From the NCBI RefSeq assembly GCF_963853765.1, contig NC_088861.1, forward strand, positions 19,282,001 through 19,346,000: a stretch of DNA of 64,000 nt. Reading direction: 5' to 3'. Position 1 is the first letter of the stretch; every line of letters starts with the position of its first letter. The notes beneath the pieces were generated by a model. It was given only the letters and a program-made list of their open reading frames with translations. It did no database searches and was not told the origin of the DNA. The translations under genes and the position numbers were made by a program. Below are positions 35,373-48,811 of this stretch, piece by piece. This DNA comes from Magallana gigas (taxonomy: Eukaryota).

Positions 35373-38300
35373 TCAGCACACCTTGTACAAAAATGTTATT
35401 CCTTTAAGGGTATTCCAGTATGGGCATTCGGAACACTCGATTTTCTGCCATTTTCCGTCTTTTTCTAGTTTGTCACAGAGCGGGAAGAATGAATCTTTAT
35501 ATTCCTCGAATTTGTAAAACCCTTCCATACGTGCTACTATACAGATGATACCGCCTGAGGAAAAAATGTGACATTTTCTTATAAAAAATATATAAACTCT
35601 GCAGTTTTCAAATTATGATGTAAAGTTTTCATTTATTAATTCAATGACAGAAAAAATATGGCCATCTTTACTTCTATTATTCGTGTTTTTGTGGAAAAAT
35701 CACACGTATACACAGATTCTGAATAATATTAATACAAGTATGTAGCAAAATTACGTCAATATCGTCCTATATATTTTTTTGCAATGTTTTCCTGCTAAAA
35801 CTGAAGCTAACATTGTTTTATTTTTTTTTAAATAAATTATTCGGATTTTTTTAAAGTTGTTCTCTAGAATACTATGAATTAGAGTTTGTTCAATATGAAT
35901 CATTCAACATTGTGTCAGTTGTTGTTGTTTTTTTATAGTAAATGAAAGGTCGTCACTTACCAGACTTCAACAGTCGTATCATTTCTTGCAAAGCTTCGCC
36001 TTTGATGTGATTTTTTGTGTGACTACCGACAACAGTTATAACATCATACGATCCTATGTATATTTGGAAGAAAAAAAAGTCTATCACAAATACTGGACAA
36101 AGTTTTGTGTAGATCTTAACTATAAACTATTCAAACCATACCTGTGTTACTTCCTTTTTTATATCAGTATTGATATGCCAACCCTTGAAATGTATCATTA
36201 GTGTTTTGAACACTTTCGATCAGTTTTCGAGAGTTTTGAATTTTGATTTAGAGGCTTAATTTGTTACATGTACCTGAGGGAATGTTCAAGGGTTTTGAGC
36301 CAATCACTTCATAGATGTAGTTCCTGTACAACCCCTTCTCTCGAGCCTTCTCTAGCATTCCAGATGATGGGTCCAAGGCATCAAAGACTTTAAATCCCTT
36401 CTTTGTCAACTGCAACATTACAATTCTGACAGATGCAAAACATATCTGGGTGTCTGTGTGTTTTAAATGAAAGAACCAAAAGATGTCATGGTTGTATTTT
36501 CACATCGCCTTAACTTGAACTTGAAGTTAAATCATTTAATGTACTCACATGAGAATTGGTAAACCATGTTGTTGCTTATTAAATTCACTCATTAATTATG
36601 GAATTCAATGTCCCGTTTTTTGTTGTTTTTTTTTGGTTCATTGCTCAATTTCTCAAATACTTTTTTTATTCTTTGGGGCATCGTGTAAAGAGCTGCATGT
36701 TTACTTTACAGTTATATTTCACTCTTTAAAAATTCACAAATTTTTCACATTTGATAGCGAGCGCAGCTCGCAGGCGCGCAGCGCCGGCGCGAAGCGAGCT
36801 CTACCGGCAAGGCGTGTGTGAATAGAAAATTCGGACTATTTGCACATTCATTCAACGGATTTTTTTGGCGTCAGTAAATCGGACCAGTAATGCCTTGTTT
36901 TAATCGTCCCAGTAGTTCCCTGTAATTATGGTTTCCCATTTCACACTCTCGCGAGAACAAGATAAAAAACTATGTACATGCATGCATTGTAAATAACACA
37001 ACGCCAATTTCCATTACTTTTAAGACTAACGGAGTTATCGTCCTTCCGAGTGACGTCACAATGGATTTCTTACACATTGATCTGACAGAATTTTTCGGCG
37101 TCAGTAAATTTCGACCCACAATGCAAATCCTCAATGTCGGCCGATCTAACTAGACTGGATACCATCTCGCGAGAATCAAAGTAAAACTTCTGAGAAACAG
37201 ATAAATTGTGTAATTTCCAGAACATCATGCTTTTTAAGTAAACAAAACAGTATTTTTCGCGTAGTTTTTTCTAGTGTGTTTTCAAAGAGACAGACTACAC
37301 TTGACCGACGTGAACGTTGACGTCACAATAAGGGGGAACTACTCTAAGTAGTTATTGTAAATCTGCTGAAATATGAATACCAAAATTTTCTAAAAATCTT
37401 GCAGAGCTAACGAATGGGGACATTTCTTCAGAGACAGGAAACAGCTGTTACTCGCTCTCATTTGGATGAATGCTCACATTTATTTTATTCACTATATTTA
37501 CGGTAATTTCCAGGAACGTTTTTTAAATGGGGCGTGGCAAATTCATTCAAAAAATCTTCACAAGCAAAAAGAAAAATAAAATTCTCAAAATCAGGAAAAT
37601 TCTAATCGGGGTGAGGAATGGGGAGTGCGTGGTACGCCTTTAGCTCTTTAGCTGCTCAAAAGTGTCTTTATTTTCACTACTATTTACGGTATTACATGCT
37701 TCCGGGGGATCCATTTTCCTTATGTGATCAACAAATTTTTTTTATACGTAAATTTGATTTTTTTTTTAAACGTGGGGGGGGGGGGTCTCTGATAAGTCAA
37801 TTTTTATTTGTAAGTTTAAGAAAAATGTCTGCTGCAAGAAAAGATGAAATAAACTGCAATGCACATTATGTTAAAATCTTAATTATTCAACAACATTTTA
37901 TCTGAGTTAAATTCTATACTGGCGTGCGACCAGTATATAAACTAGATACGATCTCGTTACGAGTAACGAGTAGGTCTTCCTTGCGATTTCTGTTTTAAAT
38001 CATACCATGAATAATCGATACAATTTCAGAATTATCTCCCACACACACACAAATGGGTGTGGCAATGAGTTTTTCAGATAGATATTGCTACAATCAACAA
38101 CTTTGCTTCTATAATGCATTACGAAATCTTAATCGTTTTTATGTAATTTGTAATAGACTTTACGAGTCTCTTACCCCCCCCCCCAAAAAAAAAAGGGGCA
38201 AGCCCCTTTTTCTTGATATCTTTGAAAAGGTCTTAAGAATACTAACATATTTTGTTCTTATACCAATCTAAAATTGTTGATCATTTTTGAGATACAAATG

Positions 38301-39111
38301 ATTTAATATTTTAGGGGCCAGCCCTTAAGATCCTTAATGGGGACAAAATTCGTGTTTTGATAAGTGGAATCGATTTAAATCATAAATTCAAACATTTTCT
38401 CTTCTATGATGTCTAACAAAATATGTCTACTTCTCTAGATATATTGCGTCCAAGTTTAAGTACTTTGGCCCCTAAAAATCCCTAATTACGTAATAAATGG
38501 GTGTGGCAATAATTTTTTCTGATAGATATTGTAACGATCAACAACTTTGCTTCTATAATGCATCACAACATTTTTATTGTTTTTATGTTATTTGTAATAG
38601 AGTTTACGAATGTCTTGGCCCCTAAATAAAGGGGCCAGCCCCTTTTTCTTGATTTTGTTGGAAAGAACGTTTGAATCTCTACCACTTTTGTTATATATGT
38701 CTAAACAAAATATCAACTGATAAAAAGATACAGATCAAAACGTATGAAAATTTTGAATAGAAATTCGTACCCAATTTTCGTGCCCAGGCGAGCTCCAAGA
38801 AATGGCGCCACTGGCGTAAAACAACATAATAGTGCACAACTTCAAACTATAGACTACCTATCCTGAAAATTTCATAGTCATATCTCTGATAGTTTCTGAG
38901 ATCAGCTCTGCACAAAATAGGTCGTAAAAATGTACAAAACGGCCGATAAATCGGTACCGGAAGTGACGACAGGAAAAATCTCAAAAATGTATGAAGTTTA
39001 CATCAAGTCCCATCTTCTGTGAAAAAATGGTTGAAATCAGTTGAACAGTTTTCGAGAAATCTCGTGCACAAAATTTGGAAAAAAAAAATAATAAGAAACA
39101 GTACGAAAACT

Positions 39112-39144
<33 letters not shown>

Positions 39145-40165
39145 CAATCTGATTAAAATCAGATCTTTGATCCGCTCCGACAACTTCTGATGTCGCTACA
39201 CTTTGTTCAGCAACTATCAGAATTTCGGAGCGTTACAAAGATCTGATTTTAATCAGATTGGTATATAAATAAATAAAAGACTTATGAATTATGACATGCA
39301 TAATGAAAATTTACTGGAAAATTAGGTATATTTATTTTATTTTGCATTCAAATTCATTTACTTTACGTCACTACTTTTATTTTTATTGATTTATCATAAT
39401 TCATTTTTGATCACCTGCTGCGCTCGCCCCAACGGTTGCACCGTAAAACATTATTTAAGTTTCTTTTGAAAGGAGAGCTTACGTCCGGAAGAGACTTTGA
39501 TTTATTGAATCAACCTTTAATCAGCAATTTATATGTATATATATAACTTTATGTATATAAAAATCTCCAAAAACATAATTTTCTGAGGTACATGTAAACG
39601 GTACACTAGAATCATATTCGCACGACGTCAAAAACATCACACCAAACAATACATGCAAATAACCTCTTCCGCAACTAATCCCGTTCCGGCGCCAATGTCC
39701 AGGATTATTTTCTGAGGCCGTTCCTCCGGTTTGATTATCTTTGACACGGCGTCCGTGGCTGTATTTGGACCGTAATATTTACTCTCAGTTAAAACCTGTG
39801 AGAGCCAATTTGAAGACATTGTTCGTTTTACAAACCTTCAAAATGTAATTGACGATATTTTTACCAGAAAAAAATAATAAACAGTTTTAGTAAAAACCGA
39901 TTTTTCAGTAAAATTTTGGGGGTGGTTGTTTTACGGTATAAATGTGGTTTTTCAATTAAAAAAAATAAACTTTAATTATCGACACTCTGATTCACAGACG
40001 CTATTTGTTGCAAGAGTTGTTCATGACCTTGTCGTACTCCTGGCTGAGGTCATCATAAACAGCGGCAAGTTCCGTCGTGTTGAGACCTTCGTGTAAAACT
40101 TTCTCTAACAGAGTCGTCACTTCCGCCTCCGCCGAGGGAAGGGTGTACTCACTCTCGGTTGCCAT
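35373..40165 (-). CDS. METTL27/WBSCR27-like methyltransferase copy 2 (226 aa)
   Basis: Exons 40165-40028, 39795-39664, 36409-36274, 36053-35961 and 35554-35373, all GT-AG, total 681 nt. Motifs ILDIGAGTGL, DALDPSSGML, GSHTKNHI, CSECPYW. A non-coding exon donor lies near 40560. Confidence 0.88.
36700..37350. mobile_element. GC-rich interspersed repeat of unresolved class in intron 2 of copy 2
   Basis: CpG-rich head gcgagcgcagctcg...gcgaagcgagc and an internal duplication (ggcgtcagtaaat...ctcgcgagaa at ~36865 and ~37095). Termini were not defined. Confidence 0.4.
37940..39144 (-). mobile_element. HINE with ~444-bp internal tandem repeat
   Basis: 5' end ttaaggtcttccgtttccaacggaagacctta (39144 down). 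3' end ggaagacct + hairpin ctcgttac-tc-gtaacgag + ctagtt (37940). The internal repeat aaatgggtgtggcaat... occurs at 38051 and 38495. Confidence 0.8.
39145..39260. mobile_element. 116-bp foldback mini-element
   Basis: Perfect 25-bp TIR caatctgattaaaatcagatctttg, with imperfect pairing continuing inward. Confidence 0.7.
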
Positions 40166-40670
40166 CTGTTTAATAATCAATCAAAAACATTCTTTGCATT
40201 AATTTTTTAATTATCATTTTTAAATTTTTAAAAAGATAAATAAGTATATTATATTTTTTGTGTAACCATGTCATTGACTTGAAAGCTTTGGTACACGTGT
40301 ATTTAATTTTCAAAACCAGAACTGTATCAAGAAATGAATATATAATACTTTAAAAATGACCAGTCGAATACTAATAACATGTGATCAAATATTATGCCAA
40401 ATTGAATACTTCGTCACATAAAATTATCTTATCGAAAAAATGAACATGACACACATGTAGCACAATATTGATTAAATTAACTCTAATTGTAATTTCATAC
40501 TGATCTTTTTAACAAGCACTGCTTAAAAAATCGAGTAGCTGTATGAATACTTCTCTTACCTGTTGATGTGAAATTTGACCTATTTTAATTTAAACTATGG
40601 ACAAAGTTGTCTAAAACTAGACTAGGTATATCCATGCCGCGGTTGCTGTGTTGTGTAATTGTCTGAAACA

Positions 40671-40677
40671 TTTTATA
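40671..40677 (-). promoter_or_regulatory. Candidate TATA box of methyltransferase copy 2
   Basis: TATAAAA on the minus strand about 110 nt upstream of the non-coding exon donor at ~40560. Confidence 0.35.
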
Positions 40678-41834
40678 AAAAGGCGAGGCATCCGGCATTT
40701 CATAACACTTTGCACTTCTTAATTTACATTACACAGACAATGACAATTAAATCTTTAATAATTGTTTACTGCTAAAGATTTGTTTTTCATTCATCTTGAA
40801 AGGTACATACATCTTACAGCTGCATGGTGATTATGAAACCATTTTTTTTTTCAAATGCTTATTTTGTGTGCTACACACACCGATTATATACAAGTATGAT
40901 CTCAACTATTTCTAACGGAAATTGATTGCAATTCATAGCTATGTAGAAAAGTACAGGACTGAAATCTACACGCCCCATATATCGAATGGTCGTTTCGACC
41001 ATTCGACCTTCTGCAATCTAAGAAAATTCACGGACTGCAAGAGATAATCATGATGATATCAGACTCAAGTTCCCATGCAGAGGGTGTATACTTACATTAA
41101 CAGTAATTAAATTAATTTAACTGACATTAACAATCAATTTATTAACCTGTTCAAAAAATGTAACTATAAACAATAAAATGCTTTCTTTGATGAATTATTT
41201 GGGCTATGAAAGTATCGATTATTGCAGAAAAAAATTATATAACATGCTAACACGGGTTATGTATTTTTTTCTGCAAAGTTGCAATCTTCATATCCCGCAT
41301 GACTCACCAAAGAAAACATTTCTTGTTCTAAATAAATAGCATATGGAGTAAGCCTAGAATTTAAATAATTAATATTTCCATTGACACAGATTAATTAGAA
41401 TTTACATTGTATATATTTCTTGGCACGCCCATTTAAGATTCGTTCCAAACGTCGAGGCGTATATGATTTTGTAGCCTTCTCCCTCTCTCTGCATGTGCGG
41501 TCCAATTGATTTCACAATAATGTAGACAAACGCAATATGTAAATTCATTTTAATCAAAATTTTCAAAAAGTGAAACAAAAGTTTTTGGCATATGTACAGG
41601 TAGTTAAGGCGCCATAGGGCTGGGGAAAAAACCTCAAAATTCTCGATTGTTTGTTTTCGATGTGTTCATGTTATAAAAGTCCTTATTACTCTGTTGTTCA
41701 AACTTAACATTCTGAACAGATAGGATTTCTATGTGCGTATGGTTACGACTTCCATCCTAAAAAAACTTAAACAAGTCTTTTATGCTTTATAAGCTATCGT
41801 AGTCTTCAATATTGCATTGAAGAAAATGTTTAAT

Positions 41835-41987
41835 ATTCAAATGCATAGCCAATTCGAGCGCATAGCCAATTCGAACGAATATCCATTCGAACGCAAAGCC
41901 AATTCGAACGAATATCCATTCGAACGCAAAGCCAATTCGAACGAATATCCCATTCGAACGCATAGCCAATTCGAACGCATGGCCAAT
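41835..41987. repeat. Alternating 17/16-bp tandem repeat with core ATTCGAACG
   Basis: attcgaacgcaaagcca and attcgaacgaatatcc alternate in the centre (33-bp period), with degenerate copies at both ends. Confidence 0.85.
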
Positions 41988-42085
41988 CGGATAATGGGTA
42001 TTTAACATGTTTTTATCACAGTGATGTAGTGAATGTTTATTCATTGTTCTTGGTAACGTGAAACATTGTGATTTATTTAACAGAA

Positions 42086-45000
42086 CTAGCACACTTTATA
42101 CAACACTTGAGCCCCCTCCACTTTCTGCCAGTACGGACACGACGAGGATTCTATTTTCTGCCATCTACCTTCTTTTTCAAGCTGATCACACAATGGGAAA
42201 AACGTATCTTTGTATTCCTCTAGATTCGTTAAACTTTCCATTCGTGCCACGATGCATACAATTCCACCTGTTGTGATAAAGAAATAAATAATAAGGTTCT
42301 GAATGTTAAAAATCTCAATTTTTCGTTTTTTATTCTGTATACAGGAAAATATTCGCCCCGTTTTATTTTCGCCCCTTTCGCCCTCGTTGTCAGTGGGCAA
42401 ATTTAAGACTGGATGAATTCCATGTATATATAATATTCATTTTAACACAACTGCATTTTGGCAAAATCGAGAGAGTGTTAAACCTTTTGCAAGTTTAGAG
42501 GGGCGAAAATATCCCGGGGCGAAAATAACCCTGTATACAGTAGAAAAATTACTCCCTTACTTAAAGAAAAGTGTGTAACCTTATTTGCTAATCTACCAGA
42601 AATTTTTTTTAAAATTTGCATGCATATTTGCATCATCTGATTTTGCAGTGTAATGTCTAGCAGCGCTGTCTATTTGTAACCAGTGACACGTAAAACTAAC
42701 ATCTGTGACGTAAACCCAATAACCAAATTCCTTAACCAAATACTAAATGATAGAACAGCCATAACCATATAAGGCTGTACAAATAATGTCGCACTAGGCC
42801 CTTTGCATTTAAGTTTGTCAATGTATTAAACAATCATTTATTACACGAACCTGGCTTGGTTAATCGTATTATTTCATATAAAGCCTCGCTTTCGATGTGG
42901 TTTACCCCGTGACTTCCGACCACTGTGATGATGTCGTATGATGCTGTAAAGCAAGATTGAAATAAATACATTTAGAACACGATCGTACCTAAAGGATTTA
43001 CATTTTAACCGGATGAAATTATAATCTGGGCGATTATACAGTCTCCCAAACGAACGAGGCCATCCTTGGGAGAAGGGGTGACCCACATGGGTCAAACTTA
43101 ACAGACAAAAAGATTAAGAACTTGATTATTTTTATTTCTGAAGTCTCATGATGTTCCCCAGGGGTCCTTTACTATTTATCAGGTGAACCAACATGACCCA
43201 AGAAACAAGAATATATATGGTTAAGGGTTGGGGATCTTAACTGTTTTCAAGATATTCGGGCACTTCCTGTTTGAGGGGGGTCAGGATCACCCCCAGGGCC
43301 CATGACCTACATACCATTTGGTGCCCCTTGACACAAGGAACAAGAATATATATAGCATAGAGGTGGGGTCAGGACTGTTTTTAAGATATTTGGGCACTTC
43401 CTGTTTGAGGGGGGTCAAGACCACCCCCAGGGCCCATGACCTACATACCATTTGATGCCCCTTAACACATGGAACAAGAATATATAGGTTTAGGGGTCAG
43501 GATTCTAACAGTTTCTGAGATATATGGTTTCCAATTCCTTGGGGGTGGGGATGACCCCAGGGGTCAGATCTAATAAACCATATATATTGCTTGTAACAGT
43601 TCATATATGATTCTGAAAACCCTATATTATTATCTTTGTCCGTTTTCAAGTTATAACCATTTACAATAGAGTCTACGATTTTTCCCATAAGGTTCACTGT
43701 TAGACCCCATGACCATTTGACCCCTCAGAAAAGTGGTTGGCCAACCCCAAATGAGAAAAATTAAACCAGCGTGCACATCTAGATATGCAGGCTTATCGTA
43801 TCATAGAGTTTTGTACAATTCTGTTAAGCCATCCCTGAGAAAGGCTACGGACAAGTTCAGAGCGGGAAAGAAGAAAAAGAAGAACTGTACAAAAACAATA
43901 AGTCTCCAAACTTCGTTTGGGAGACTTAAAAATAGCTTATATGGTCTTCTACATGTGTAATATGTAAATGACAAAAGCGTATTCTAAGGCTCAACTTAAA
44001 TAATAGAAATGGAAGGCTGCTGCCTTATATTGTTTGGTTCATTATAAGATGGCGTGTTTCTATGTTTTAAATGTTGTGATTAATTTTTAATTAGATAGTG
44101 CTTTATTATTATAATAATAACACCCATTTCAATTTTTTTGTCTGACATAAAAGGTAATCGGGCCAAATTTATCATGTTATTTCTACTTTTAATAGAAACA
44201 TACACTTATTCTAATCATGTTCTGTATAATTATGTAACTATGCAAATCATTGCTCTGCCAAATATACCTGCTGGAAGGTTCAATTGTTCCTTGCCAATGG
44301 CTTCACAGATGTAGTTTCTGTATAAGCCTTTCTCTTTGGCTACATCTAACATTCCTTGGGACGGCTCTAACGCATCAAAGATTTTAAATCCTACTTTATG
44401 CATCTACAATACAATCGTTTTCAAGTTGATAAAGACTATAATTTTATGAACAAAACGCTTATCTATATTTGCAGTAATTTTCTCTCCAAACATTATAGCC
44501 AGTAGTTTTTATATTCAAATGAGGAAACTTGTCAAGAAAAAAAAGAGAAATCAATTTAATGCACTTCATTACAAACGAGTGACAGGTCATTTTCGCTACT
44601 TTTTTCCCGTCCATTCACATGTGTCTGAAAAAATTCCCTGCTCCAATTTCGCCCCCCCCCCCCCCAATAAAAAACCCAAAAATTTTAAGTGAAATTAACG
44701 TAGCGCTTTAAATTTTCTAACTCATAATGTAGACAAGGTGGGGGGGGGGACAAAATGGGTGTCTGGGTGGAGCAAAATTAAAAGCAAAAAAGTTAAATAT
44801 ATCTAGCCAGCACAGGCTCATTAACTAAAGAACATTGGTTGTTCCGTGCACAGCCAAGCAACCTACAGATTTCACCACTGATATATTTCGCTCCTACCGA
44901 CTTTCTTTAGAGACTTCTTGGGGAAAGGGGGAGGGGACGTGAGGCGAGTACCTCTTCCGCTAGCAGCCCCGTCCCAGCACCGATGTCAAGGGTTATCTTC

Positions 45001-45787
45001 TGGGCTCGCTCCGCCTCGGGGTAGATTTTTGCAACGGCCAGGGCCGCACTGTTTGGGGCCATGTAACCATTACTTAACACAACCTGCAAAAAAGTTAAGA
45101 ACGTACCTTGTAAGCTATCATGATGAGATAATTTAGATACATACTGTTTCAGTATTTCATGTGATTCTTTTGACAAATTTCAAATTAATGATAATAATCT
45201 AAATCGGTTTTTTTTTAATGTCTCAGACTCAATGTGCGTTCCAATCATATAAAATGTGAGAATAATTTAAAAGCAAAACTGAATTTTTAATGTTTATTCA
45301 TATTTACAATTTAGAAATATGTTCAATTCAGTAAGGGAGGCAACAGTGGACAAAATTATACTTAATTTGATTCAAAACTATTACATAAACAGCAGAAACA
45401 ATAGATATACATTACAATACAACACTTTCAATAATTACGCACTTCAAATATAACTAATTTGGAATTTTAGCAATATAAACAGACCCGGGCCGGGGGGGGG
45501 GGGGGGTGTGGACTGGACCATTATAAAAGAAATGAGATTATTATTAGGCCGACAGCTCATAACAAGATGTATGGTGAAAAATGGCTTGCACAATTCTGTC
45601 AGTAAAATTAATAAGTCGTCATTGAAAAGATGTATAGGTGAGGAGTTGATACCTTGTCGTAATCCTTGCAGACATCGTCGTAAGCTGCGTTCAGTTCTTT
45701 CTGGGACAGGCCTTCCGCCAGGACTTTGCCCACAAGTTTTGCCGCATCCTGATCCTCAACTGGAATGGTATGTCTAAACGTCGTCAT
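42086..45787 (-). CDS. METTL27/WBSCR27-like methyltransferase copy 3 (225 aa)
   Basis: Exons 45787-45653, 45083-44952, 44403-44268, 42943-42851 and 42267-42086, all GT-AG, total 678 nt. Motifs TLDIGAGTGL, DALEPSQGML, GSHGVNHI. A non-coding exon donor lies near 46718. Confidence 0.88.
42335..42540. mobile_element. TA-type MITE in the last intron of copy 3
   Basis: ctgtatacagg...tcgcccc at the left end and ggggcgaaaataaccctgtatacag|TA at the right. The left TSD reads TT. Confidence 0.7.
43000..43929 (-). mobile_element. HINE with ~134-bp internal tandem repeat (about 3 units)
   Basis: 15-bp sub-terminal IR agtctcccaaacgaa (43040) / ttcgtttgggagact (43912) and a hairpin ataatc-tgggc-gattat. 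The repeat cacttcctgtttgagggggg occurs at 43261 and 43395. Confidence 0.78.
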
Positions 45788-46130
45788 TTGTCTTTTCTAA
45801 GGATATTAAAGTATTTTTGAGGTAAAGCTTTAAGGTACTACAAAGAAATTGGTCACGGAGAGAATAATTCTGAGCATAGATTATAATCACTGTCAATTTA
45901 AGCAAAATGCGACCTTCGTTAAAACGTGGTTTAATTTATTATTGCTCTGAACATGACATGAGATCATTTTCTGAACATGACATTTCGTTTTCCTTTTTCC
46001 GATTTCAAAAAACTAGTTTTGTTGTATATTGTCACGAGAACATGAGATTAAAAAAATGTTATAATCTATTTCTAATTTCAATATTTGTAAATATATTATC
46101 ATACATGTACTTGTGGGATTTTTATATTTA

Positions 46131-46133
<3 letters not shown>

Positions 46134-46203
<70 letters not shown>
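46134..46203. repeat. (TC)n microsatellite
   Basis: About 35 uninterrupted units. Confidence 0.95.
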
Positions 46204-46206
<3 letters not shown>

Positions 46207-46952
46207 ATTTTTAAAAGAGATAACTTATAGTGTCACAATAAACAAAATCAATCTAAGTTGTAGAAAATAAAAAGCAACAATGAATTTGAAAATGTATAAA
46301 TTTCAACACAGATAATTCTCATCATAAGAAAACAACATTGTAATATATTTTGCTTAATTCGAGCAGCAGGTTACGCTTTTTAAAAAAGTGCACATTTTTC
46401 AAAACAAAGATTATTATAAATGTTGTAAATGCACTACAGTTTCGGGCACATGATAGCCCCATTGTGGTCATCCCATTCCTTGTCCGTGCCGTGTTTACAT
46501 TACGTAATGTAAATTTCCGCTGGGTGAATTCAATACAAACTAGCCCTTAATTAAGTGGCCCATAATAAACATGAGCATCTCGCGTTCTTCAATGAAATTG
46601 ACCACCTAGAATATAATGCTGAGCACAATTTATTAAAAAAAAAAGCTGTCAATTTTAATTGAGCGAAATATAGGACCATTAATGAGAGATGGTGTTTGAA
46701 TACTGACAGTCTCTTACCTGCCTGGTAAATTTCCGCTTCTGCTATGCATTCAGAGGTCTCCACGACTTTACTCGGTGTTTGACAATGACCTTGGCATTTA
46801 AATAACTGAAGAGTTACGGCTCTATATAGTTGGCTAGACCAAGTGGTCAAGGGAAATTTTTATGATAATATTCAGCGGACACTACACTGGATATATATTG
46901 GGGGGGGGGGGGTTAACCTTGACGAAATATGTCGTCTGGCCGAGAAAAAAAA

Positions 46953-47069
46953 GTGGCCAGTTGAATAAGGGCAACCAATCTTGTCTTATTTATATTTGTA
47001 TTGGACCTACATGTTTTTGATTAAGGATCAAAGTGATCTTATCCGATATACATGTACTTTTAGATATTT

Positions 47070-47141
<72 letters not shown>

Positions 47142-47247
47142 CGGCCAGTTGAATAAGGACAACCAGTCTTGCCTTATTCATATTTGTATTGGTCCTTTAC
47201 GATTAAGGTCAGATTAAAGTGATCTTGTCCGATATACAAGTACTTTT

Positions 47248-47284
<37 letters not shown>

Positions 47285-47325
47285 CAGAGAGAGACAGAGA
47301 GAGTTTGTGAGAGAGACAGAGAGAG
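46953..47325. repeat. Tandem duplication (~188-bp period) of a unique block plus (AG)n upstream of copy 3
   Basis: g(t/c)ggccagttgaataagg...tacttttag at 46953 and 47141, each followed by an (AG)n tract (47073-47138 and ~47250-47325). Confidence 0.85.
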
Positions 47326-48811
47326 TTCGGACGCTGTCAGATGTGCAATGGAGGAGCAAGGACTTACACGGATTTACATTTATATTTTTAGTACATAATC
47401 AATGATCTAGCTAATAATTCATCGACTGGAACTTTTTAACCCCTTTATTTTACTTTACATATGTTTCATAGCTGCCCCCCCCCCCCATTCCCCAAGAGTC
47501 ATTCAGACAATAAAATGGTGTGATGTTGCATGGTATGCATGATAAAGAGGAAAAAAATCACGCCATGTTAGGCATTTGAAGAATATGATCTGAACGCGAC
47601 CTTGAGTAGTACACTTCAAACTAAGCGATGTTTTACAGCGAGAGATCATGATATCTAGGTGACACGCCGTGATAAAGATTTTGAGATCTAGTTCGACTGT
47701 GTAAGGTTAACATTAATATCTTAATAAAAAAAATATATATTTTGGAGTTTACACATCAGTTAAATAGAGGCTACATGTTTTTCTACTTACATGTACGCAT
47801 GACCGATCCTAGATTTATCTGCCAACTATATTTTTTTTTATGATTTCAATTCAAATTTGAATTTGGTATTTACGTATACGGGACAACGGAAATGGTTTTG
47901 TTGTACATTTATTTTTATTCATTAGATTTTCTGTGGTGCGTATGATTTATGTTTGTTCTTGAAGTAATTATTGACATATAAGTACGAATTTCTAAGTATT
48001 CCCTTAGAATAAGAAAATAAGGAAGCAAATGTACAGACCATTGTTAACATTTTTAAAAACTTCGATCCAAAAACATGTTTTGTCAAAACTTTATATCATA
48101 GACCAAGTTATTTCAATCACTGGTATCTTATTTTTTTCAGTAATAAATGATAAATAGATAGGTACACTTTGAGAATAATTCAACAACGGATAATTTAAAT
48201 TTCTACAAACAATAAAATAATAATGTTGTGATTCAACAGATATTTGATATTAAACATGGTTTATTTTAAAGTTATGCTCTACTTTTCAGTAAATTGTAAT
48301 CAAGCATAAAATTCTATGGTCTAATATTGAATATTTGCATCAAATCCTTATCGGATAAAATTCCATTGCAGTTATCCCTCATTCTATTTTACAGAATAGC
48401 ATGCATTTGTGGTCCTTTAAAGGGTTAAAAAAAAGTATTTCAATAGATTTATATTTTTTTCTCTGGATAATATTAAATAAGAAAATGAACCATTAATTTA
48501 AATCCAAATTGTTTTTTGGATTCTCTCTCTCTCTCTCTCTTCTCTCTCTTTCATAGATTTTTTTTTATTATAACGGCAATACAGATACCTCAATCAATAT
48601 GATAGAGTTTAATATTCCATAGAATTTTAATTTGATGTTCGAAAAATGTAAATTATCACCAGTAAAAAGTCAAACAATCCGTTCATATTTTCATAACATT
48701 TATTCACACATTTTTAAAATGTATATTCATAAAATAAAATAATTTGTACATAAAAAATGTCAACATTTTTGTCAAAATTTGTCAATATTATAACACAAGT
48801 CAGAACACAAT

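Noticed and set aside
41835-41987. CRISPR-like array or heat-shock element cluster
   Set aside because: There are no unique spacers or cas genes and the context is eukaryotic; the GAA/TTC spacing does not fit nGAAnnTTCn.
45907-47217. ORFs containing poly-(LS) or poly-(ER)
   Set aside because: They are artefacts of (TC)n/(AG)n microsatellites.
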